Source of the DNA: Acutalibacteraceae bacterium
GTDB taxonomy: Bacteria > Bacillota > Clostridia > Oscillospirales > Acutalibacteraceae
Direction of reading: 5' to 3'
DNA length: 64,000 nucleotides
Assembly: GCA_045533455.1 (NCBI GenBank)
Contig: JAZSHU010000052.1
Location: 298 to 64,297, forward strand
In this document: one piece after another, positions 9,704-17,339 of the stretch
How positions within the stretch are numbered: position 1 is the stretch's first letter
Layout: the number at the start of each line of letters is the position of its first letter
The notes under the pieces: model-generated
Database searches by the model: none
Told to the model about the DNA's origin: nothing
What the model saw: the letters and a program-made list of their open reading frames with translations, nothing else
Position numbers and translations under genes: made by a program

Positions 9704-11039
9704 AATTCGCATAAGCGGAAGAAAAAGAATTTTTTGCCTTGCTCTTGCGCTGATTTGTGTTTTCTCGGCAATGATTATGCCTCAGGCGTCTGCAAAGACT
9801 CTTGAAGAAATGAATGCCGAATACGAGCAGATTGAAAAAGATATTCAGGAAAATCAGGAAAAGCTTGACGAGGTGCAGGAGGATATCCGTACCAACGAGC
9901 AGAAGCTTGACAAGCTTAACAGTCAGATAGATAAAATCAATGACCAGCTTGATATTCTCAACGACAGCATTGATATTCTCAACGACGATATCGATTCCCT
10001 GCAGTATGATATCACCGCAACAACAAATGATATAAACGAAATTACCATTCAGAAAGAAGAAATTCTGGTTCAGATTTCCAACACCCAATCGCTTATGGAT
10101 GAAACCGAGGATATGCTCCTTGCAAGAATCCGTGAGAATTATATGGCAGGCGGCTCGGGCTCAACGGTTGAAATTCTTCTTATGAGTGACGATATTTCAT
10201 CCTTCTTTGCAAGAACAGAGCTTGTAACCCGTGTGTCGGAGAATGATGCGGCGCTTGTTGCGGAGCTTTCGGATAAAATCGTCAAGCTCAATTCCCTTCA
10301 GGCGGAGCTTGATGAAAAGAAAGCAACCCTTGAAGTGAAAGAAACGGAGCTCAACACTCAGATGGGTGACCTTACCGCAAAGCAGGATGACCTTGAAAGC
10401 AGTAAGAACGCTCAGCAGAGCAAGAAAAACGATGTTACCAAAAAGCAGAACGAAGTAAAATATCTTCTTGAAGACCTCGATAAGGACAGCGATGCTTATA
10501 AGGCCGCAATTGCCCGTAAGGAAAAAGAGCGTGCAGCTCTCGAAGCGGAAATCGAAGCGGCAATCAAGCAGAACGGTTCAACTGAGGGTGACAAACCCAA
10601 AGAAGAATTTAACAATGACGGCAAGATGCTGTGGCCGGTACCCGGTTCAACAAAATTAACCGCAACCTATCCTTCATACAGTGACGGCAGTGCCCACTGG
10701 GGTATCGACATTGTAAGAACGGATGTTGCATCAAGAGGCACTCCCTTCCGTGCTGCACAAGGCGGCAAGGTAATTACAGCGTATAACGACGGCAACTGGA
10801 ACTACGGCTTCGGCAACTACTGCATTATTGACCACGGCGACGGTAAGCATACCCTTTACGCTCACGCCCAGAGGCTTTATGTCAGCGAAGGCGATGTGGT
10901 TGAAAAGGGCGAAGAAATCGGTCTTATCGGCGATACGGGTAACACAACGGGACCTCACCTTCATTTTGAAGTCAGAATCAAGCGTTCTGACGGCAGTGTT
11001 GACAGAGTGAATCCGTTGAACTATGTTTCCAAACCGTAA
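9693..11039 (+). CDS. Secreted coiled-coil + M23 peptidase (FtsEX-associated murein hydrolase/activator)
   Basis: Signal peptide, long coiled coil, HWGID and HLHFE M23 motifs. Confidence 0.9.
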   Translation: MKTKIRISGRKRIFCLALALICVFSAMIMPQASAKTLEEMNAEYEQIEKDIQENQEKLDEVQEDIRTNEQKLDKLNSQIDKINDQLDILNDSIDILNDDIDSLQYDITATTNDINEITIQKEEILVQISNTQSLMDETEDMLLARIRENYMAGGSGSTVEILLMSDDISSFFARTELVTRVSENDAALVAELSDKIVKLNSLQAELDEKKATLEVKETELNTQMGDLTAKQDDLESSKNAQQSKKNDVTKKQNEVKYLLEDLDKDSDAYKAAIARKEKERAALEAEIEAAIKQNGSTEGDKPKEEFNNDGKMLWPVPGSTKLTATYPSYSDGSAHWGIDIVRTDVASRGTPFRAAQGGKVITAYNDGNWNYGFGNYCIIDHGDGKHTLYAHAQRLYVSEGDVVEKGEEIGLIGDTGNTTGPHLHFEVRIKRSDGSVDRVNPLNYVSKP

Positions 11040-11078
11040 CAGAGGATTGCCTCACTAAGCGAAGAACAAAATACACCT

Positions 11079-11105
11079 GAAAGGCGGCTTGATGCCGCCT
11101 TTTTT
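11079..11105 (+). terminator. Intrinsic terminator
   Basis: AAAGGCGGC-TTGAT-GCCGCCTTTTTTT. Confidence 0.7.
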
Positions 11106-11126
11106 GGAAAGAAAGGACGGCTGCAT

Positions 11127-12329
11127 ATGAATAAAAAAATATCTGTCGGTCTGTGTATATCTCTTGTAATAATTTTCGTGACTCTGACCTTTGCGGTAAC
11201 AATGGTTGCATCAAAGCAGATTTTCAGCGGAATTATGAATAATATTTCTCAGCGTTCTCAGGCTTATCAGTCCGTTGATGAAATAAGTCAGATTGTCTCC
11301 AACTATTTCTACGGCTCCGTAAGCGATCAGAATAAGCTTAACGGTGCTCTGTCGGAGGGCTATGTCAACGGTCTGGGTGACCCGAACAGCAGATATCTGA
11401 GTGCAACCGAATATGCATCATATACGGGTATGATTGACGGCGGCGTAACGGGTGCGGGCATTGAAACCGCATATAATTATCAGCAGGCACAGCTTGCCGT
11501 TACCTATGTCTATGAAGGCTCACCTGCGGAAAAATTGGGTGTGCAGGCAGGGGATGTAATAACCGCCATAAATAACACAACCGTCACAATGAGCAATTTT
11601 GCTCAGCTTCAGAATATGCTTTACGGCAGCCTGCTTTCATCGGTTTCGGTTGAATACGAAAGAAACGGTGAAACCAAGGTGGCTGAAATTATGTCGGGCT
11701 TTTCCATTCCGAGCATAAAGACCAATATTTACGGTAACACAGGTTACATCAAAATCAGCGGATTCTATAAAAATACCGCCTCGGAATTCAAGGCGGCAAT
11801 AGAAAAGCTTATGGCGGACGGTACGGAAAATATGGTTTTTGACGTCCGTGACGTTTCAAGCGGTACAATAGATTATTCCGCACAGGTGATCGATGTTATC
11901 GTGCCCGCAATTTCGGATAATATTGCTGTTGCCAAGGATAAGGACGGCAATGTTTATAAAAACAAGATTTACACTGCGGAAAACAGTAATTTCTCAATGC
12001 CCTTTGCCGTGCTCATAAACGGCGGCACAAGCGGACCTGCCGAGCTTTTTGCCTGCGATATGCGTGATATCGCACAGGCTCACATTATCGGCACAACCAC
12101 TGCAGGCAACGGCACAATGCAGGAGCTTTTTGCCCTTGAGGACGGCGGTGCGGTTCTTCTCACCGTTGCACTTGTTGAACCCAGAGGCGGCGCGGCGGCG
12201 GTTTATGACAAGGTAGGCGTTGCACCTACCGTTGAAGTAACCCTCAATTATGCAGGCTATAACGGCGGCATTCTTACCCTTGAGCAGGATAATCAGCTTT
12301 CAACCGCACTGAATATGCTGGCATCCTAA
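11127..12329 (+). CDS. S41/CtpA-fold protein with PDZ domain, apparently catalytically degenerate
   Basis: N-terminal TM, LGDPNSRYL, PDZ GSPAEKLGVQAGDVITAIN, GYIKISGF, INGGTSGPAELF, TAGNGTMQ, GVAPTVEV. Confidence 0.85.
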   Translation: MNKKISVGLCISLVIIFVTLTFAVTMVASKQIFSGIMNNISQRSQAYQSVDEISQIVSNYFYGSVSDQNKLNGALSEGYVNGLGDPNSRYLSATEYASYTGMIDGGVTGAGIETAYNYQQAQLAVTYVYEGSPAEKLGVQAGDVITAINNTTVTMSNFAQLQNMLYGSLLSSVSVEYERNGETKVAEIMSGFSIPSIKTNIYGNTGYIKISGFYKNTASEFKAAIEKLMADGTENMVFDVRDVSSGTIDYSAQVIDVIVPAISDNIAVAKDKDGNVYKNKIYTAENSNFSMPFAVLINGGTSGPAELFACDMRDIAQAHIIGTTTAGNGTMQELFALEDGGAVLLTVALVEPRGGAAAVYDKVGVAPTVEVTLNYAGYNGGILTLEQDNQLSTALNMLAS

Positions 12330-12874
12330 AATTTGCGGCGCAGTTCGGTTACCTTGCCCAGCACGGTAACGGGCAGGTTTTCGATTTCATCCGCAGAAAA
12401 CAGCATAGGCTCAAATACGGGATTTTCAGGCACAAGCATCAGGCTTGTGCCTTTTTTTATTACTCTTTTAACCGAAACATCGCTGGGACCTATGACAACG
12501 GCGGCAATATCTCCGCTGCGCACCTCGCTGCGGCGGCTGATGATTACCGTATCGTCAAGTATGAGGGTAGGTGCCATTGAGCCGTCGTTGATTGTCAGTG
12601 CAAAGTAATCAACACCGCCCAGCTTTTCTTCGGCGGCATCCGCACTGATTCTTTCAAAGCCGGGTATGCGGTTTTTATCCGCAGGTTTTTCAATGCCGAG
12701 AAGAACTTCAACCGATACACCGAAAACCTTTGAAAGAAGCTGAAGGCTGTTACGGTCGGGTACGGTTCTGCCGTTTTCCCATTGGCTTACGGCGGTCTGA
12801 TGAACGCAGCAAAGGTCTGCAAGCTGCTTTTGTGAAATCTTATTTTTAAGTCTTAATTCCTTTATTATATTCAT
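12326..12874 (-). CDS. XRE HTH + S24 peptidase (LexA/CI-like) repressor
   Basis: SQKQLADLCCVHQTAVSQWENGRTVP; DGSMAP (Ser), VSVKR (Lys), LVPENP, VLGKV. Confidence 0.9.
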   Translation of the reverse strand: MNIIKELRLKNKISQKQLADLCCVHQTAVSQWENGRTVPDRNSLQLLSKVFGVSVEVLLGIEKPADKNRIPGFERISADAAEEKLGGVDYFALTINDGSMAPTLILDDTVIISRRSEVRSGDIAAVVIGPSDVSVKRVIKKGTSLMLVPENPVFEPMLFSADEIENLPVTVLGKVTELRRKF

Positions 12875-12913
12875 TTATATTCTCCTTTCGCACGGAGCAC
12901 GGTTTATAATAGT

Positions 12914-13016
12914 ATTATGAGTGAAACTATTAACAAAGTCAAGCAGATTTATAAAAATTCTGAAAAAATCCTTGACAAACGAACATATGTTCACTATAAT
13001 CAATAGTGTCACTATT
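12914..13016. promoter_or_regulatory. Back-to-back promoters with SOS (Cheo) box and repressor operators
   Basis: Plus strand TTGACA(12972)-17-TATAAT(12995) with CGAACATATGTTC in the spacer; palindrome AATAGTGTCACTATT 13002-13016; minus strand TTGACT-17-CATAAT containing the related AATAGTTTCACTCAT. Confidence 0.8.
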
Positions 13017-13034
13017 AAAAAACAGGAGGTACAA

Positions 13035-13670
13035 ATGAGAAAAAAGCAGAAAACATCCGATGTGAGAGAGCAGTTTCCCAGCCGTGAGGAGATAAAGGCG
13101 GCTCAGCTTGCCTGCTGCGGAAGATGCTGCAATCAGTGCGAATCACCTGCGGAATACGCCTGGAGGAAACGGGATGTGGATATGGCGATTCTGCTTGAAA
13201 AAGCCATAAAAAATGAGCTTACCGAAACGGAGCGTGAAACGGTAACCGACCATTGGTTCAACTGCGAATCGGTTTCGCGGATTGCGGAAAAAAGGGGAAT
13301 AAATCCCTCGGCGGTTAACCGTACCCTTGACCGTGCCCGTGAAAAGCTTGAAAGGGTGCTGGGCTATGCGGTTTGCTATCAGCGGATTCAGAAAAGCGAA
13401 AATATTGTTCCGCTTGTGCTTGGCAGGGCAAGGGTCATTGCGGCGGCGAGAAGTGTGCCCGGCGGCACATCGGGTGACAGAATCACCCGCCTGAGGCAGA
13501 GCCAGAACCTGACCCGTGAAATTTTGGCACCTGCACTGGATGTGAGCGTTAAAAGATTGGGTCAGCTTGAATCGGATGCGGTGCCCGACGGGGATGAACT
13601 CCGTGCGCTGAGTGCATTTTTTCAGGTAACGGCGGATTATATTCTGAAAGGAGAATTGAATGAGCAATAA
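13035..13670 (+). CDS. Sigma-70 region-4-like HTH + XRE HTH double DNA-binding protein with Cys-rich N-terminus
   Basis: RBS AGGAGG; CCGRCCNQC; ELTETERE...VSRIAEKRGINPSAVNRTLDRAREKL; GDRITRLRQSQNLTRE...LSAFFQVTADYIL. Confidence 0.75.
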   Translation: MRKKQKTSDVREQFPSREEIKAAQLACCGRCCNQCESPAEYAWRKRDVDMAILLEKAIKNELTETERETVTDHWFNCESVSRIAEKRGINPSAVNRTLDRAREKLERVLGYAVCYQRIQKSENIVPLVLGRARVIAAARSVPGGTSGDRITRLRQSQNLTREILAPALDVSVKRLGQLESDAVPDGDELRALSAFFQVTADYILKGELNEQ

Positions 13671-13914
13671 AACACTCAGGGAATTGGGCGAGGAATATGA
13701 GAAGGCGGCAAAGCAGTTAAAGGAAATAATCGATAAAAAGCGGAAGGAATTAAGAGGTCTGAAAGACAGTGTGTGCTCAAACGAAGCATATGAGCTGAAA
13801 GCCCAACTGCATAAGCTTTACGCACAGCACAGAGAAACTCAGGAAATTGCGGAATACCTGAAAAGCTATTATGAACCTCATCAGGGGCGCAGACAGCTTT
13901 TTGATTATTACTAG
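13660..13914 (+). CDS. Small coiled-coil hypothetical protein
   Basis: RBS AAAGGAG, overlaps the upstream gene, 84 aa helical. Confidence 0.7.
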   Translation: MSNKTLRELGEEYEKAAKQLKEIIDKKRKELRGLKDSVCSNEAYELKAQLHKLYAQHRETQEIAEYLKSYYEPHQGRRQLFDYY

Positions 13915-14189
13915 GGTAACGAGTATAGTCCGAACCGTGTTTTTTGTCGGATTATTTTCGCTGTTTCTGTGTTAAAATACTCGCAAATCCGTCAAGGATT
14001 TGCTCCGTTTTTGCCTTGAACCATCTGAAAATTCTCTCGACAAAAAATCTTCGACCCGAAAACGAAGGATTTTCAGATGATTTTTGGCGGTTGAGGGTGA
14101 CGACAGGCTGACGCCTTTCTAATCCGAAACCCCGAAAAGCGCTGAAAAGACTCGCTTTCGGGCAGGTTCGGATTATATTCGTTACCCTA
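13912..14189. mobile_element. 278-bp MITE-like element with 25-bp terminal inverted repeats
   Basis: TAGGGTAACGAGTATAGTCCGAACC ... GGTTCGGATTATATTCGTTACCCTA (2 mismatches), TA at both ends, internal hairpins, no ORF. Confidence 0.75.
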
Positions 14190-14204
14190 AATTCATAAAA
14201 CCCC

Positions 14205-14233
14205 TTGACAAACGGGGATGAGTTATATATAAT
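14205..14233 (+). promoter_or_regulatory. Consensus sigma-A promoter of tRNA-Val
   Basis: TTGACA-17bp-TATAAT. Confidence 0.85.
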
Positions 14234-14259
14234 AACTCCTGCACTTCGGGTGCGGAGAA

Positions 14260-14335
14260 GGACGTTTAGCTCAGCTGGTAGAGCATTCGCTTGACGTGCG
14301 AAGGGTCAGCGGTTCGAGTCCGTTAACGTCCACCA
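14260..14335 (+). tRNA. tRNA-Val(GAC), prophage integration target
   Basis: GGACGTT/AACGTCC acceptor stem, D-arm GCTC/GAGC, anticodon arm TTCGC-TTGACGT-GCGAA, GGTTCGAGTCC, CCA end. Confidence 0.97.
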
Positions 14336-14350
14336 ACGAAAAAAGCCTTG
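14286..14350 (+). repeat. Left attachment site (65-bp core)
   Basis: Identical to 51436-51500 (3' part of tRNA-Val plus 15 nt). Confidence 0.95.
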
Positions 14351-14593
14351 AAATCCTTGATAATAAAGGGTTTCGAGGTTTTTTCTTTTTGCAATTTGTT
14401 ATAAAAATATTTTGTTGTTTGTGTGATTTGTGCCAAAAAATATTAGTTATGCAAGTCAGATGCAAGTAGAGTTTGTGGGTATATTTATCCCAATTATAGT
14501 TACCATCATTTCACAAAATTGGTAATTATTGTTGACTTTTGTAAAAATATGTGGTAATTTATTTACAATAATTGAGAAAAGAGGCGGTGTACT

Positions 14594-16549
14594 TTGGCAG
14601 AGTTTCATGTAATTCATTTATCCGATTTACATATTGGAAAAAAGATTACATCAACGCATCGAAAATTAATAAGGGATATAAAGGCCCAAACGGAACATTT
14701 TGAAGATAATTCCATTTTTTTACTTGTAACAGGCGATGTAATCGACAAAGGTAATTATGCTGAATGTGAGCAAAATGTTATTTCTTTTTTTGAACAATTA
14801 AAGGCTGGTTTAGGCAATAAGGTTTGTGATATACAAATTGTGGCCGGTAACCACGACAAAGATAACAGTATAGACCCATATGCCAAAATTACTTCAACCT
14901 CAATTCAAATGGAACAACATTCCTCTGAGGAAATAGAGGAACTTTTGAAATTACAGGAAAAATATTTTGAAAAATTTTTGGAGATATCGAATAAAATATT
15001 TGAATTGTTTGGGATTGATAAAAAGGTGGAATCTACCTTTGGTGTTGAATTTCGCAAACACAACGATTCCAACTTGTCTTTCATAAGAATAAACACGTCT
15101 TTGGCGACTTGCGGAAAAAAGAATGAAGAGTTTCATCTCGCTACCGGTTCGGGATACATAGATAAAATTATTGACACCTACCAAACTTTCAAAGCTGAAA
15201 TTGAAAGCAAAGGTGAAAAGTTATTAACTTTTTGCTTGGCTCATCATCCTACATCATTTTTAACCCCTGAAGAAAGTCAAAAAGTCAATGAATCTTTAAT
15301 TGATGAAGAAAGACTCAATGTTGATTTCTTCTTATCCGGACATACCCATGAACGCTCTGTCAGTAACTTGTCGAATCACACCAGAAGGATGACATCGTTG
15401 GTTACCGGTATAGGTTGGAATCATGATGCTGGGGTATCTACAAGAGCTATTGAGAAGACAAGGCACAGATATAGCATATATACATTTGATGAAAATAAGA
15501 ATATATATACGGTCACAATGAGAAAGACAACAGAGAGTGGTGATTTTGCACCGGACAGTGATTACTTTATAACTGAAGAGGAGCGAAGGACGGGGAAATT
15601 GTATTTTCCTTTGGAAGAAAGAAGTCAGGCTTTTGTTTCCGTTAATGAATATTCACCAACTGAAAAAAGAAATATAGCTGTTGATAATGAAACGGTCATT
15701 AATTTAAAAGTTCTTTCAGAATGTCTGAGAAAGTATGTTTTACGCTGTGAAAAATTGATAGAAAACTACAAACATCTGTATTTCAGAGATGTTTTGTTTG
15801 GTGATGAAGAATCAAGAAAAGATTTCGTTAAGATGTTCTACTCATTTATGGAAAACGCTGAAAGAGTAACATTAGAAGAAATGGTAGAAAAAATATCTTC
15901 GGATGAAAAAGTTTATAGTAGATGCCAGGAAATGTTACACAACCGTTTTACATCTTTTCTTCTTGATCTTGTTCTCCTTCTTCCGTTGGAACTTTCTGAT
16001 TATTTTGGCGAAGAGGTTGAAACACGCGCTGCTTTTCGAAGATATTTTGATGAAGAAAAATACAAACCAATTTGTTATTACCCGAAGGATGTTACACCGA
16101 GAGATACAGGAGAGAACGGGAATAGCTCTGGCAAACCCAGAGATTATGATTGGGAATCTTCGTTAGTTCAGCATTCATATAGAAACAATTGTCGTCCTAT
16201 GATTTACAGTGTAAATAAAAAATACAATAATTTCGAATCGGATAATTGGGAAGATTTTATTGTGTTTGTTCCAAAATTGCCCAATAGTACAGTTTTTTCA
16301 AATAAAGCTCATATAGGTTCAGTTCACGAAGAACGGCCGTTGTTATCATTTACCTTTTCGGTAAGGTTGAAACACAGAGATGAATATGAAAAAAGTTCAA
16401 TTGACTACAAAAACAAAATGAAAAGAATTTCAAACAAACTTTTCCTGTTGGAATTTTTTTCGATCGATAAAATAATTACAAATCTTTTATTGAACTTTAT
16501 AAAATATTTACCTTTAAATGCACAGACATATTTCAAAAATCAGAATTAA
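14594..16549 (+). CDS. Calcineurin-like metallophosphoesterase fused to a large unknown C-terminal region (prophage moron)
   Basis: HLSDLH, TGDVIDKG, AGNHD, AHHP, SGHTH motifs; own promoter TTGACT(14532)-17-TAATTT; RBS GAGGCGG; AT-rich; opposite strand to the late genes. Confidence 0.85.
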   Translation: MAEFHVIHLSDLHIGKKITSTHRKLIRDIKAQTEHFEDNSIFLLVTGDVIDKGNYAECEQNVISFFEQLKAGLGNKVCDIQIVAGNHDKDNSIDPYAKITSTSIQMEQHSSEEIEELLKLQEKYFEKFLEISNKIFELFGIDKKVESTFGVEFRKHNDSNLSFIRINTSLATCGKKNEEFHLATGSGYIDKIIDTYQTFKAEIESKGEKLLTFCLAHHPTSFLTPEESQKVNESLIDEERLNVDFFLSGHTHERSVSNLSNHTRRMTSLVTGIGWNHDAGVSTRAIEKTRHRYSIYTFDENKNIYTVTMRKTTESGDFAPDSDYFITEEERRTGKLYFPLEERSQAFVSVNEYSPTEKRNIAVDNETVINLKVLSECLRKYVLRCEKLIENYKHLYFRDVLFGDEESRKDFVKMFYSFMENAERVTLEEMVEKISSDEKVYSRCQEMLHNRFTSFLLDLVLLLPLELSDYFGEEVETRAAFRRYFDEEKYKPICYYPKDVTPRDTGENGNSSGKPRDYDWESSLVQHSYRNNCRPMIYSVNKKYNNFESDNWEDFIVFVPKLPNSTVFSNKAHIGSVHEERPLLSFTFSVRLKHRDEYEKSSIDYKNKMKRISNKLFLLEFFSIDKIITNLLLNFIKYLPLNAQTYFKNQN

Positions 16550-16633
16550 AAATATTTATTAACATTTAGAAAAATTATAGACATTTGTGTTTGTCTGTGC
16601 TAAAATATTCATTATAAGGAGGAATGGTTACAT

Positions 16634-16831
16634 ATGGCAGCAGCAGTTCGAATAGAAAGAACAGAAATAAATGTACAGTTTGTTGAAAGCGAATTAGATG
16701 ATCAAAAATTGAAATTACTCAATAAGGTCATATCAGATTGGACTAAAAAGGAAGAAGAACTAGACAGGGTTTTATCTTTCTTCGAAATTCCCCAAAGTGT
16801 AGCTAGTGAAATTTTTGCAGTCGTTGATTAA
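16634..16831 (+). CDS. Small protein A (65 aa), paralog of the downstream gene
   Basis: RBS AAGGAGG; promoter TAGACA(16578)-17-TAAAAT(16601). Confidence 0.8.
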   Translation: MAAAVRIERTEINVQFVESELDDQKLKLLNKVISDWTKKEEELDRVLSFFEIPQSVASEIFAVVD

Positions 16832-16876
16832 TAATTTTAACTCTCCCCCATAATTATAGTTATGGGGGAGTTATTA

Positions 16877-17068
16877 ATGAAAAAAAATAGTTTTAAAGTT
16901 GAGAGAACAGACATTAACAAAAAATATATCGAATGGTCGTTGAATATCAGCGATTATGATTTAGAAAAACGAGATGCATTCAACAGAGTTTACAGGGAAA
17001 ACAGCGATTTAAATGCTGCGTTTTTTACGATTTCCGAAGAAGATTATAAATTGATTTTTTGTGTTTGA
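16877..17068 (+). CDS. Small protein B (63 aa), paralog of protein A
   Basis: RBS GGGGGAG 6 nt before ATG 16877; shares the ERT(D/E)IN and FFxI...IFxV motifs with A. Confidence 0.75.
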   Translation: MKKNSFKVERTDINKKYIEWSLNISDYDLEKRDAFNRVYRENSDLNAAFFTISEEDYKLIFCV

Positions 17069-17077
17069 AATGCAAAA

Positions 17078-17129
17078 AACCGCCGAGAAGGTAGTCAGGT
17101 ATTGTTCCTGAGAAACCCTCTCGGCGGTT
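17078..17129. terminator. Long hairpin, probably a bidirectional terminator between the moron and the lysis module
   Basis: AACCGCCGAGA...TCTCGGCGGTT with inner CAGG/CCTG; A-run on the left, T-rich on the right. Confidence 0.65.
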
Positions 17130-17179
17130 ACATTTTTTATCATTTTTACAGTGTTTTAACAGTGCCAAAGTTGGCGATA

Positions 17180-17275
17180 TTAGAACATTGAAAATAACTC
17201 CATCAAAAATCCGATAGGATCTTCAAGGAAAATTCCTATATAGATTTCAAAAACGGAAATAAAGAAATGTCCCAC
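17180..17275 (-). CDS. Unannotated 31-aa hydrophobic peptide (MGHFFISVFEIYIGIFLEDPIGFLMELFSMF)
   Basis: GTG start with GAGGTG RBS 9 nt upstream; translated by hand. Confidence 0.4.
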   Translation of the reverse strand: MGHFFISVFEIYIGIFLEDPIGFLMELFSMF

Positions 17276-17339
17276 TTAATTTAGCACCTCAATTCTTTCA
17301 AATGTCGATTACGGCGATTTGCTCTTCATATGCTTTCAT

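Noticed and set aside
12326-13914. Treating the XRE-S24 repressor module as part of the prophage, or calling it host lexA
   Set aside because: It lies outside the att repeats, the prophage has its own cI/cro pair, and the N-terminal domain is XRE-type rather than the LexA winged helix.
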